Shown here: piece after piece, positions 38,488 through 47,853 of the stretch
Numbering within the stretch: the first letter of the stretch is position 1
Layout of the letters: every line of letters begins with the position of its first letter
Source: a virus
Virus record (IMG/VR): IMGVR_UViG_3300044713_000194
Location: 32,001 to 96,000 of that record
Direction: 5' to 3' (one strand)
Length of the DNA: 64,000 nucleotides
Made by a program: the position numbers and the translations under genes
Notes under the pieces: generated by a model
Seen by the model: only the letters and a program-made list of their open reading frames with translations
Database searches by the model: none
What the model was told of the DNA's origin: nothing

Positions 38488-38955
38488 ATGAGTATGACTG
38501 TCGAAGAGTTTAGGGAACGGATCGAACCCTGTTGGTCGGCGGCAACGTCCTTCTGGCCGGAGACCTGGACGGAGGAGAACCCGGCGCATGGTCAGTGTCT
38601 GGTCACTGCGCTCGTGGCTCGCGATGTCTTTGGTGGCTCGATCGTCTACGGCCACATATCCGGATTGGCCCACTACTGGAACTACTTGCCGCGTCTTGGG
38701 GAGATCGATTTCACCCGTTCACAGTTCGGACCCGGACCGCATGAGATGGTGATCATTGGCATCACGACGCCCTCGGAGCGCGGCATGCTGCGGCGGCTGC
38801 CCGGGCCGCTCCTTTCAGATAAGCACTTTGCCGTCCTAAACGTCGATGGTGATCTGGAGCGTCGATACCTGCTTCTCAAGCGTCGCTACGCCTTCAATGG
38901 GGCTTATCCGCGCCAGAGAGACTTCAAGCCGTTCGGTGAACTGGCATGGGGCTGA
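38488..38955 (+). CDS. YunG-like transglutaminase/papain-fold protein
   Basis: GQCLVTAL, HYWN, IDFTRSQF. Confidence 0.7.
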   Translation: MSMTVEEFRERIEPCWSAATSFWPETWTEENPAHGQCLVTALVARDVFGGSIVYGHISGLAHYWNYLPRLGEIDFTRSQFGPGPHEMVIIGITTPSERGMLRRLPGPLLSDKHFAVLNVDGDLERRYLLLKRRYAFNGAYPRQRDFKPFGELAWG

Positions 38956-39347
38956 AGAACTTCAAAAGCGTTCTGTGGCTTGACGACAACCGGATGCCCC
39001 TGATACTCGGCATCGATTGGGTGAAGAACTACGATCAGTTTGTGTCGTATCTTGAGAACAAGGGCATTCCAGACCTGATCTGCTTCGATCATGACTTGGC
39101 GATTGAGCACTATCCGGTCTTCGAAAATCGGCCAGGGATGCAGGTTCCCTACGACAGCTACAAAGAGAAAACCGGCCTCCACGCCGCCCGCTATATCATT
39201 GAGCGCCGTCTTCCGCTGCGTCAGTGGTCGGTTCATTCTATGAACGTCCAGGGCCGAATCAACATCGAGACCGAGCTTAGACGGTATTGCCCGCAAGGCG
39301 AACTTCGCGGGCTGCAACTGCCTTACCGTGTCATCTCCGGTAACTAG
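38946..39347 (+). CDS. cyclic-phosphate-processing receiver-domain protein
   Basis: LWLDDNR...FDHDL...TG...VHSMN. Confidence 0.75.
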   Translation: MGLKNFKSVLWLDDNRMPLILGIDWVKNYDQFVSYLENKGIPDLICFDHDLAIEHYPVFENRPGMQVPYDSYKEKTGLHAARYIIERRLPLRQWSVHSMNVQGRINIETELRRYCPQGELRGLQLPYRVISGN

Positions 39348-39754
39348 GCAACCCCTCCGAACAACCTTCGATCATACACATCAGTTGTTCGGAGGTTTTA
39401 CGTTGAAGCCTACGGCCCCCCATCCATATCCCGCCAATCGATATACGGCAAAACCGGATGACCATTCACCGATCTCCAACGAAGTCTTACTGATAATGAC
39501 CGAACGGAATGAGAGACATCGGTCCAAGCTCTTAAAAAGATCGTCCCCGGCCAGCCGCGTCGAACTTCGTAACATTCTGCGACAGGCCCTTGTGTTCGCT
39601 CGGGGCATGCTCTCCGAACTGGATCATCTCCCAGACACCATGAGGACCAACCGGAGAAAACCCCTCAGTTCGTAGTATACGCCGAGACCTTGACGACAAT
39701 CCTGGTGTTGTCATTTACGGAAGCGATGACAACTTGTACGTTGTCAAGTCCGAC

Positions 39755-39785
39755 AAAATAGAAGGCCCCGATCTCCGGGGCCTTC
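39755..39785 (-). terminator. terminator after 39828-40658
   Basis: GAAGGCCCC stem / GGGGCCTTC followed by TATTTT on minus strand. Confidence 0.7.
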
Positions 39786-39827
39786 ATTAGGCACACCAAA
39801 CGTTCCCTCGCAGGGAACGATTCGCGA

Positions 39828-40658
39828 TTACAGTAACACGAGCGCGGTCCCGCACTCGGCGCAGAACTTATTTGTGGCCTTATTAACGCGTCCGCAGGTT
39901 GAACACTTCGGCTTGCGGTTCACAGTCACAGCCCGCTGGACGGGCTGCTCGCCGACGCGCCCGCGAAGCCTCAGTACGATCGTGTGGCTCTGTGACTCGG
40001 TCGGGAACCAATCGCCGTTCACGAACACCTGATCGCTCTCGCTACCGGGCACCGTGATCCCCGCTTCGTTTACGGATGCCTCATTCATATTGAACGAGAC
40101 GGGAGCCGTCACATCGACGCTAGAGGTATTGCAGAAAGAGACGGGAGCCAGGCCGCCTATAAGAGGCCCCTGTGTTCCGCCTTGAACGTTCCCGGACCAT
40201 ACGGGCTGGGAGCCGAGATGGACGCGCGGCCATTCCCAGTAGGGCCGATAGTAATCGTGGTTGTGGTAATGATGATGTTCAACGATCGACCGAGATTCTC
40301 CCTGCGGGATCTCAAAGCGGTACTCGACGCGAATCAAACCGTCCTCGGCCTTGATGCCGCGATGGTTCTCGATGCCCTCGGTCCGCTCGATGAACTTGAA
40401 ACTATTGCCGGTCTTCAAGTTTCCGTTGCGAATAAACCGCTGGAGGTCGATTTCGCCGTTGGCCGGAACAATCAATCCGGTGCCGTCCGTCGTATCGGTC
40501 CCATCTATCCAAACCTGGGCGATAGCACGGACGGAGTTGAGGTTCTTCAAAAGAACGGTGTAGGCGGAGCCGAATGGGAGAGTGACTGTGTCGTCCTGCT
40601 CACGGAGGATCTGGCCCCCGGATTTTACGCACACGACGAATCTGTTGCGATAGGTCAT
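39828..40658 (-). CDS. hypothetical protein with C-terminal Zn ribbon
   Basis: 276 aa; CSTCG...FCAECG. Confidence 0.75.
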   Translation of the reverse strand: MTYRNRFVVCVKSGGQILREQDDTVTLPFGSAYTVLLKNLNSVRAIAQVWIDGTDTTDGTGLIVPANGEIDLQRFIRNGNLKTGNSFKFIERTEGIENHRGIKAEDGLIRVEYRFEIPQGESRSIVEHHHYHNHDYYRPYWEWPRVHLGSQPVWSGNVQGGTQGPLIGGLAPVSFCNTSSVDVTAPVSFNMNEASVNEAGITVPGSESDQVFVNGDWFPTESQSHTIVLRLRGRVGEQPVQRAVTVNRKPKCSTCGRVNKATNKFCAECGTALVLL

Positions 40659-40815
40659 GATTTACCTTCTACGGCCCACCGGCTAAGGACCTGCGTTGCT
40701 GTTTTAAGCCGGTTAGATTAGGGACTGGCGTCCCTGTATAAGGGTCCGATAATCAGTTTCCGTTTTTACTTCCGCTTCTCCCGTTTCAAGCCGCTAAATG
40801 GGTCTGCCCGAAATA

Positions 40816-40891
40816 TGGAGCGAGCGATGGGACTCGAACCCACGACCAACAGCTTGGAAGGCTGAGACTCTAGCCGCTGAGTTACGCTCGC
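40816..40891 (-). tRNA. tRNA-Gly(TCC)
   Basis: Loop CT-TCC-AA; CCA. Confidence 0.92.
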
Positions 40892-41154
40892 AGTTTTAAC
40901 CTTGACACCGGAGGTCGAATATGACCGATCGCCCTAGACAAAGGGGGATGGAAGTAGCGCGTCACAGAAACCCCGTCTTGGGGAGGTTTGCTACAGACAA
41001 TTGCAAGTGAAGTTGAAATCAAGTGGGGTTGACTTTGGACTCCTCGGCGGCGGCTTCATTACGCCTTCTCACGGCACAGGAGCGATCGCTTAAACCGAAG
41101 AAAAGCAGGACCAGAAGAACCAGTGCGAACTCCATTACGATACCTCTAAGAAAA

Positions 41155-41231
41155 TGGTCGGCCCAGGTCGCATCGAACGACCAACCTCGGCCTTATCAAG
41201 ACCGCGCTCTAGCCAATTGAGCTATGGGCCG
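41155..41231 (-). tRNA. tRNA-Ile(GAT)
   Basis: Loop TT-GAT-AA; CCA. Confidence 0.9.
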
Positions 41232-41234
41232 CAC

Positions 41235-41873
41235 TTAAACTCCACGCCGCGTCAGTAACCAAGACCGCTTCGACACTTTCACTCCGACAGGTTCGTTATC
41301 CGCACAACACGCGGGCTTGAAAACCGGGTGGCCGTGGTACTTACACCACTCCGTACGCCCCTCGGAGTCCGGTACGTCCAATTGCTGCTGTCCGTACTCG
41401 CAACGCTCACACGAGAACCCGAGCGGATTGTCCGTCGATCCGGCGCTGAGGCGCTCGTCTTTCCATCGTCCGCTGGGACAGCGCCTGCCTTCGGGGTCGC
41501 CTGTGTTGGGCTGCTCCCAAAAACCGCAGCTAAAATTGTGCGGCTTATTGATTACCTTGGGATCGCGTAGGAGGCATTCATGGTTAAGAATGACGAACAT
41601 GTTACATGAGGGAGAACTTCCGTTCTTCCGCCCGCCACAAAGGTAGGCTCCCGTCTCGTCGTACGTGTTGGGGAGGCCGCACCGAGCATCCGCGTAGTTG
41701 GATGTCCGGACTCCACGCATGCGGAGCTTTGCAAACATGACCTCCTGGTCTTTGGTAAGCGCTCCCTTAGGCTTTGCGAAGAAACCATCCGCATCAAGCG
41801 GAGCGTCGAGGATGGGCCTGCCCTCGACCTGAGTTTGATCAGGCATAATCCGAGACTCCGTTGGACTCAGCAA
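41235..41873 (-). CDS. Cys-rich hypothetical protein
   Basis: 212 aa with about 11 Cys. Confidence 0.65.
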   Translation of the reverse strand: MLSPTESRIMPDQTQVEGRPILDAPLDADGFFAKPKGALTKDQEVMFAKLRMRGVRTSNYADARCGLPNTYDETGAYLCGGRKNGSSPSCNMFVILNHECLLRDPKVINKPHNFSCGFWEQPNTGDPEGRRCPSGRWKDERLSAGSTDNPLGFSCERCEYGQQQLDVPDSEGRTEWCKYHGHPVFKPACCADNEPVGVKVSKRSWLLTRRGV

Positions 41874-41924
41874 GAGTGCGAAAGCCTATTTGCACGCACT
41901 CCCTACATAGGCCTGAAAAGTTCA

Positions 41925-42715
41925 ACGGCGCATCGCCGCCCTAACCACCGGCGACATCTACGCGCGAGAGTCAGATCGCTATCACCATCGACCTGCGCCC
42001 GGGCTCCGGAACGGGTACGTCTGATTCAGGCCGGGCTCTTTGCCAATTAGAAGACCTCACCGCCGCGTGCAATCTACCTGCTGTGGGCAAGCCGCATCTG
42101 CGGTAATTGAGGGAGGGATTCGAACCCTCATTCCCCGGCATCTCAATGTTTGCCCCCTGCGGCCACCCCTCGCGCAGGGTTACAGCCGTATTTGGTCAGG
42201 AGGTCTTTAGCGCGGATCATGGGGCGCTTCAACGGACGAAGTCCTCGACCATCCCTCACGGCTCGACCGGGTATCTAATCCGGCCTACCCCTTTACGTTG
42301 CGCCTTACCGCCGTGGCCGCATCGCGCTGCTCCACGGTTCTCTTATGGGGCCGGTAGCCCGTTTCCGCTCTAATGCACCTGCGTGCGGCTGGGAGTCGAA
42401 CCCAGCCAAGCTGCCGTTGCCCAGCCTGGTTGATGACGATGCGCGGGTCGGGTCGGATTCGAACCGACGATCGGCGGTGGTGCCCACCGCTGCTTTAGTC
42501 CGCCTAAGCTACCGACCGCGCATCTTTCCGCCCGGTCCCATCGACCACGCGACTACCGTCTCTTGGCGTTTCGGACCCCACCCCCGGGGTCCAGACGGTG
42601 CCTGCTCGCTCGGAACCTTACCGGGCGGAAACCTAAATGGGGTCTTTTATCCCTTACGGGTGTCGCTCAGAGCGCCTGCCGAAGCATAAAACTCCGCCAC
42701 AACATTTTCCCCATA
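41925..42715 (-). ncRNA. large (~800 nt) structured ncRNA candidate with an embedded tRNA-like domain (GOLLD/ROOL-like size)
   Basis: No credible ORF; three T-loop hairpins; long-range helices; GGATTAGATACCC hairpin. Confidence 0.6.
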
Positions 42716-42718
42716 CCT

Positions 42719-42795
42719 TGGTGTGCAGTCTCGGGCTCGAACCGAGGGCCTCCTCTTTGTAAGAGAGGCGCTCTAACCAACTGAGCTAACCACAC
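42719..42795 (-). tRNA. tRNA-Val(TAC)
   Basis: CCTCT-CTTACAA-AGAGG. Confidence 0.92.
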
Positions 42796-42803
42796 ACATC
42801 GCG

Positions 42804-42908
42804 TTGGGTGACGAACCTCACCAGTTCCAGCTTCGACGGGATCGAACCGCCTCCGTCCCTCGCGGGACTCTCGCCTGATGAGTACGACTGCCGCCGCTCA
42901 TCACCCAA
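42804..42908 (-). ncRNA. ~105-nt structured RNA with T-loop
   Basis: Ends pair (TTGGGTGA/TCACCCAA); internal GGTTCGATCC. Confidence 0.45.
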
Positions 42909-42946
42909 ATTCACACGGCCAAGATAACTACCATGGCCGTGTTAGT

Positions 42947-43105
42947 TCACCTCAACTTCGGACAGACCTCGTGGTAGTGGTCCTTCGACCCACAGTAGCT
43001 GCACTTACGCCTCGCCAGGTTGCCCTGCCCGTTCCAGGTCTTCGGACAGTGGTCCGTGTCGTGGCAATGACTGCCGCAGTAGGAACACCAAAGTCGCTTG
43101 GTCAT
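42947..43105 (-). CDS. 52-aa double CCHC zinc-knuckle protein (not in ORF track)
   Basis: MTKRLWCSYCGSHCHDTDHCPK...CSYCGSKDHYHEVCPKLR; ATGA overlap with upstream stop. Confidence 0.8.
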   Translation of the reverse strand: MTKRLWCSYCGSHCHDTDHCPKTWNGQGNLARRKCSYCGSKDHYHEVCPKLR

Positions 43106-43326
43106 TTGCGCACAATCACAAGTATGATGACGAGGACTATTCCGGCCAGCAGTACCATGTCTATCATCCGCACACTCGGAAGCGCCGACGAATCCGAACT
43201 ATGCAATTTGACTGACCGCTTTTTCGGTTGGTGTTGGGGGCAATAGTCCGAACCGAATGCCGACTTCTGCCAGCAGCGTCCTCGCCCGCTTCCCGTTCCG
43301 TAAATACAAGCTTTCATCGCAACCAC
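43102..43326 (-). CDS. small protein with C-terminal TM helix
   Basis: Cys motif plus hydrophobic tail. Confidence 0.55.
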   Translation of the reverse strand: MVAMKACIYGTGSGRGRCWQKSAFGSDYCPQHQPKKRSVKLHSSDSSALPSVRMIDMVLLAGIVLVIILVIVRK

Positions 43327-43327
43327 C

Positions 43328-43405
43328 TGGCACCCCGAGTAGGACTTGAACCTACGCCCTCTTCCTTCGGTGGGAAGTGCTCTGATCCGACTGAGCTACC
43401 GGGGC
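43328..43405 (-). tRNA. tRNA-Arg(CCG), A33
   Basis: CTTCC-CACCGAA-GGAAG. Confidence 0.85.
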
Positions 43406-43472
43406 AAAATCAAAAACCTGAAATGACTACGATCCGAAATCGCGACAATTCAAAAGCCGAGTGAACCGTAGC

Positions 43473-43709
43473 CTATTTCTTCGCCTTCAACTCTGCCCGC
43501 ATTGTCGCAGCATCTTTGGGCCACAACCATCTCTTAAAACTGGTCAATTTGCTCTCCGGGACGTGGGTGCGCTTGCAAGCGGCACAGCAGGCGATCACAT
43601 TGAGAGCGTCCTCGGTCTCTACGGTGTAACCGTATGCCTGGGTATTCGGGCAGAAGTCGCACTTCACAGTCTTCTCCGAATATTTTTCTTCCAAAATCTG
43701 CTTCGCCAT
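43473..43709 (-). CDS. small Zn-finger protein
   Basis: CDFC...CAAC; AGGAG RBS. Confidence 0.65.
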   Translation of the reverse strand: MAKQILEEKYSEKTVKCDFCPNTQAYGYTVETEDALNVIACCAACKRTHVPESKLTSFKRWLWPKDAATMRAELKAKK

Positions 43710-43727
43710 ACTTCTCCTGCAACCTTA

Positions 43728-43804
43728 TGGTGTCCCCGGAGAGACTTGAACTCCCGACCTGTTGATTCGTAGTCAGCCGCTCTATCCAACTGAGCTACGA
43801 GGAC
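43728..43804 (-). tRNA. tRNA-Arg(ACG)
   Basis: Loop CT-ACG-AA. Confidence 0.92.
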
Positions 43805-43987
43805 ACGGCCATTTAGAAAAATCCGCCGATCGTCAGATCGCCTGGATGCAAGCAGAGGCAATTGAGAACCGTCAACTCCTTCACGGTTAGTGGAGACTTC
43901 TTTTTCTCCGCGCTCGACCGAAGATCCGTGCAGACGACCTCAACTAGCCTACTGAAGCAGTATGGGCATAGATCACCCGCTTTCAAT

Positions 43988-44440
43988 TCACCCATTTCGC
44001 GCCGCCTCCCTACCGCTGCCTGTGATAGCCCAAAGCGTGCGCGGACGACGGTGAAGATTGTCGATTCCCGCATCCACAATGAAACCCTTCTTGACAAGGG
44101 GCTCCATGCGCGGCGTGATCGATCCGTACCAGGTCTGCGTGCGTTCGGCGATAGCGTGACACGTGAGCGGCCTGTCGGCGGCCATAAGGCATTGCAAAAC
44201 CACTTGCTCGGATTCGGCTACATTCATCCGGCTCGCGGCGATCTTTGAGGTTGCCCGATCCCCGTTACGCGCAAACGCCGCGCCAGGCCTTGGTGTACGG
44301 TAGCGTCGCGACGGATAGGCCGCGTCGAGAAGTTCCTCGGCTTTGACCGCGAAGCCTGGCGGGATCTCGTACCCCATCAGAAGCCTGACAAGCTCGCTGG
44401 CGACCGCGCGATTATCGGAGTGGCCGGACAAAACGCCCAT
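43988..44440 (-). CDS. winged-helix DNA-binding protein
   Basis: LTCHAIAERT...SITPRMEPLVKKGFIVD. Confidence 0.65.
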   Translation of the reverse strand: MGVLSGHSDNRAVASELVRLLMGYEIPPGFAVKAEELLDAAYPSRRYRTPRPGAAFARNGDRATSKIAASRMNVAESEQVVLQCLMAADRPLTCHAIAERTQTWYGSITPRMEPLVKKGFIVDAGIDNLHRRPRTLWAITGSGREAARNG

Positions 44441-44474
44441 GAGGGTTAGTACTGTCCGGCGTTCCGTTTCCCGA

Positions 44475-44660
44475 TTACTGCTTCGCTAAAGCCGCCTTAT
44501 CGGCGTCGATATGCTTATCGATACATTCACCGCACCACCAGGTGTCGGCCACGAGATCGTGATCGTTGCAGGGCTTGCCGCACTCGCAGCATTTGCCGTC
44601 CATCGGACAATCGCAGGTGCCATCCGGGCGGAAATGGTTCTTCAGTCGGCACATCGTCAA
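44475..44660 (-). CDS. small Cys-rich protein
   Basis: ORF track; CxxC pairs. Confidence 0.5.
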   Translation of the reverse strand: MTMCRLKNHFRPDGTCDCPMDGKCCECGKPCNDHDLVADTWWCGECIDKHIDADKAALAKQ

Positions 44661-44718
44661 TCCCCACTTCTAGTTGACCACTCCGGATTCGGGCCGGTGG
44701 CCTCTGATCTACGGACCG

Positions 44719-44934
44719 TCAATGATTCGCATCCATGTGTTCTCCTAGAAGCTGGAGAACCAGGGCGGCATCGGTAAAGCGCCGATCAAGATTTGCCCGA
44801 AATTGGCATCCGGCCTCCTGGCACCTGTAAAATGAGCTTGTCTCGTCCACGTCGATGCGCCGCGCGGTGGTTGAGTACATGAACGGAGCCATCGAAAACC
44901 GCACTGTGTCCGGCCAACCTTCCAGTACGTTCAC
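44719..44934 (-). CDS. small hypothetical protein
   Basis: GGAGG RBS after GTATTA motif. Confidence 0.55.
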   Translation of the reverse strand: MNVLEGWPDTVRFSMAPFMYSTTARRIDVDETSSFYRCQEAGCQFRANLDRRFTDAALVLQLLGEHMDANH

Positions 44935-44984
44935 GGAACCTCCACTAAGAGGTAATACGCCGCGTCAGGGCGGAACTGAAATAT

Positions 44985-45063
44985 TGGAGGCCCCGGCGCG
45001 ATTTGAACGCGCGACCTACCCGTTAGGACCGGGTTGCTCTTGTCCGGGCTGAGCTACAGGGCC
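44985..45063 (-). tRNA. tRNA-Arg(CCT)
   Basis: ACCCG-GTCCTAA-CGGGT. Confidence 0.88.
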
Positions 45064-45398
45064 GGAATGTTGAAGAAGCCGGTGGCCATACTGAGCTTCA
45101 TCGCGTCGGCGAGGGCGGATTTGATGGTACCTTCGACCCGATCGACCTTACCGACACTCGCATCAAGCCTCTTGACACCCGGAAGAACCAGCGTCTTCAT
45201 CAAGTTCGCGGCTGCATTGAAGTCATCGATACGAGAGGCCAGGTCCTGCTGGTCTAGCTGCGTAAGCAAGGTGTTTAGCCCGGTAACGAGCCCGGCAAGC
45301 ACTCCTTTGGCATCGTCGGATGTGGCGGCGTCCCAATACGCATCAGATGCGCTCTGAGCCGCCTTAGCAACCAAATTGCGTACGTCACTTTGCGTCAT
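45054..45398 (-). CDS. helical hypothetical protein
   Basis: Coupled to lipoprotein gene; stop overlaps tRNA-Arg 5' end. Confidence 0.7.
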   Translation of the reverse strand: MTQSDVRNLVAKAAQSASDAYWDAATSDDAKGVLAGLVTGLNTLLTQLDQQDLASRIDDFNAAANLMKTLVLPGVKRLDASVGKVDRVEGTIKSALADAMKLSMATGFFNIPAL

Positions 45399-46314
45399 GG
45401 TTCGTGTCCTCGGTTACGATCTTGTGATGCTCCGTGGCCAGTCGTTTCAGGCCATCAATCGTGTCGTTCAAGTCCGACTGCGACTTGTCGGCGGCGGCCT
45501 CGATCTGGAACAGTTTTAGGATCTCGGCCCGCTTTTCGACTGGATCGAGGTTTGGATTGTTGTGGATGAATTCAGATTGCTGCATCAGCAGTACGCGATA
45601 GTCTCCCTGGGATTGCACCCGGAGCGTATCCAGATCAGCTTCAAGTAACGAGCAGAGGTCCTGCACAATCGGGTCCGCTTCTTTCATCAGATTGGGCAGC
45701 CGCTTCTTCACCATGTGATGAATGAAGGGCTTCAACGCCGAGTCCATGCCCGACATAATCGAGTTCACTTGCTGCGGCGTCATGATGACGCTATGGCTGT
45801 TCGTCAGGGTGCTGGTGGAGGTCGTCGTCTGAGTGGTGGTGTCGGTGAGCGTCGGGTTTACCTTGACTGCATTGCTCGATGTGGTAGTGTTGGTATTCGT
45901 AGTCGCGTTGCTGGCCATCTCCGTGCGGGCGGCAGCAGTTGTGATGCTTAAGGATTTTGTCTTCGCCTCGACTTCTACCGCCCGCTGATCGGTGGCAAGA
46001 GCATCGATCAGATCGATGTACTCCTTCAGCGCGGCAATAGCCTCAATCCGGGGCTGCACGTCCTTCTCGGAAATGAAAGGAACCAGTTCGCCCGGGTGGT
46101 AGCCGCCTTGTGCATAGTGGCCAACCAGGACCGACTCCTCTTGGAGCGTGTGAATTTCGTTCGCCGATGTGTAGGCCGTTGATGCTCGGACAAGTGGAGG
46201 AGCGACATTGGCGGAGAATTCGGCCACCTGCCTGGCCCAAGGCCCGTATCCAGCACAACCGGTCAGAAAGAGTAGCAGACTTAGCAACGGCGCGAGCTTT
46301 GAGTTGACCCCCAT
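45385..46314 (-). CDS. lipoprotein
   Basis: MGVNSKLAPLLSLLLFLTGC lipobox. Confidence 0.75.
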   Translation of the reverse strand: MGVNSKLAPLLSLLLFLTGCAGYGPWARQVAEFSANVAPPLVRASTAYTSANEIHTLQEESVLVGHYAQGGYHPGELVPFISEKDVQPRIEAIAALKEYIDLIDALATDQRAVEVEAKTKSLSITTAAARTEMASNATTNTNTTTSSNAVKVNPTLTDTTTQTTTSTSTLTNSHSVIMTPQQVNSIMSGMDSALKPFIHHMVKKRLPNLMKEADPIVQDLCSLLEADLDTLRVQSQGDYRVLLMQQSEFIHNNPNLDPVEKRAEILKLFQIEAAADKSQSDLNDTIDGLKRLATEHHKIVTEDTNHDAK

Positions 46315-46541
46315 CAAGCACCTCTCGCTATAAGCTAAATAGTCTGAGGGTCGAAAATCGCTAAGCCCTCGGAAGAAACCACCTCGGCTGCCCAAACAAC
46401 TGGTGAGTGAGCGAATGCCGGGCCAGATCGCACAGCATGCACTCCTCGCGATCCAGGCTGACCGGCTCGAACCGATGTCCCGCCAGCAGTGTGCACACCG
46501 GACGCAAAAACGTTCTCCACTTCATCGTTAACTCCTCGATT

Positions 46542-46618
46542 TGGTGCTCCAGATGGGATTCGAACCCATATCTCCGCCGTGAAAGGGCGGCCACCTAAAC
46601 CATTAGTACGACTGGAGC
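46542..46618 (-). tRNA. tRNA-Glu(TTC)
   Basis: CCGCC-CTTTCAC-GGCGG. Confidence 0.9.
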
Positions 46619-46680
46619 GTCTTTAAAGCTGCAATTTTCTACGCTTGAGCCTCTTACAAACTGCTGTTTTTCAAAACCAG

Positions 46681-46757
46681 TGGAGGGCGCGGCAGGACTC
46701 GAACCCGCCTGATCCACCTACGGTTTCTCGTTTAGAAAACGAGACCGATACACGCCC
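46681..46757 (-). ncRNA. atypical D-armless tRNA-like RNA (loop TT-TCT-AA)
   Basis: Acceptor stem, T arm and CCA present; D arm absent; long 3' variable region. Confidence 0.6.
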
Positions 46758-46782
46758 AACTTGACCGTATTCGCGAACAAAC

Positions 46783-47010
46783 CTATACGTACTTGAAGGT
46801 GCCCTTTTGTAGCATCTTAAGCGCCGATTCGAGCGCCTTCTCGCCGTTCGGCCTTTTGAGCCTCTGAATCGGCGTCAGTCCTGCAAACCTGTGCTTGGGT
46901 AGCTTGAGCCACCGCTGAGCCCGGAATCGGCTGCCGTGAACCTGGATCGCCAACTTCATTATCGAAGCGGGCACTTTTACCTGCGCGGGCTTGACCGTTT
47001 TCTGCCTCAT
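46783..47010 (-). CDS. MbcA/ParS/Xre antitoxin C-terminal domain protein (DUF2384-like)
   Basis: AQRWLKLP..RFAGLTPIQRL...GEKALESAL. Confidence 0.7.
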   Translation of the reverse strand: MRQKTVKPAQVKVPASIMKLAIQVHGSRFRAQRWLKLPKHRFAGLTPIQRLKRPNGEKALESALKMLQKGTFKYV

Positions 47011-47123
47011 GAATGGTAATACTGAGGCTTATGGTCAGTCCGGATTAAAAGCCTTTTATTTTTCGCCTGGAAGCTAGGCGGCCCAATAAACAGCGGTTGA
47101 ACTTCAAGTGACTTCTCCCTCCA

Positions 47124-47498
47124 TTGCAGAGGGTATTTATGACCGCCGCCGAACTGCTAGTCCAGAGCATTCGCAAAGCAACTCAGCTAGAGATGCAGAC
47201 GGATGAAGACGTCTTTACCCCATTCATCGTCTTCTTCAATCCCGTCAGCGATGCATCTGAGGTTGTTTGCCTCGTCTATGAGAACGCCGAAGACCTCCTC
47301 GAAGACCTGAAAGAGGCTCTCCAAAAGAAATGGGAACCGGTCGCCGTCGAACTATGCGAAGGCGAGGACGTCGAGAAGGATGACTTCCCGTGCCTCGGGT
47401 GGATGTATTTCAGCGATGATCCCAGCCTCGAACACCAGGCCATTATGGATAGTCTCCACGAGCCCGATGTCGCCGAGGACCATGTCTCCGAAGCGTAA
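47124..47498 (+). CDS. acidic hypothetical protein
   Basis: Very D/E-rich; antisense within tRNA array 2. Confidence 0.6.
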   Translation: MQRVFMTAAELLVQSIRKATQLEMQTDEDVFTPFIVFFNPVSDASEVVCLVYENAEDLLEDLKEALQKKWEPVAVELCEGEDVEKDDFPCLGWMYFSDDPSLEHQAIMDSLHEPDVAEDHVSEA

Positions 47499-47499
47499 C

Positions 47500-47591
47500 T
47501 GGTGCGCCCGGCAGGATTCGAACCTGCGGCGGGAGTTTCCTCCGTCCGATTAAAAGTCGGGTCCCTGCTAACCAGACTCGGGTACGAGCGC
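47500..47591 (-). tRNA. tRNA-Lys(TTT) with long variable arm
   Basis: Loop CT-TTT-AA; variable hairpin GGAG-GAAA-CTCC. Confidence 0.8.
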
Positions 47592-47599
47592 GTTAAAAC

Positions 47600-47674
47600 T
47601 GGTGGGCCGTCAGAGGATCGAACTCTGCTCTGAGGATTAAGAGTCCCCTGCTTCGCCGACAAAGCTTACAGCCC
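47600..47674 (-). tRNA. tRNA-Lys(CTT)
   Basis: Loop CT-CTT-AA. Confidence 0.88.
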
Positions 47675-47771
47675 AAACTTGATGCGTTTTCACTGAAAAC
47701 CCCGTTTTATATGGTGTCATAAAGTGCATCAAAACACCCCGAAAACGGGGGTTTTGCTACAGAGAATGACA

Positions 47772-47848
47772 TGGTGGGCCTGGTGGTGATTCGAACCCAC
47801 AGCCTTCCGATTATGAGTCGGCTGCTCTACCAATTGAGCTACAGGCCC
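47772..47848 (-). tRNA. tRNA-Ile2(CAT)
   Basis: CAT anticodon with GGGCCTG acceptor typical of lysidine-modified Ile2; identity inferred. Confidence 0.75.
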
Positions 47849-47853
47849 AAATC

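Noticed and set aside
46681-46757. Amber suppressor tRNA(CTA) or genome recoding
   Set aside because: The 7-nt loop centres on TCT, not CTA, and long genes are intact and end at TAG normally.
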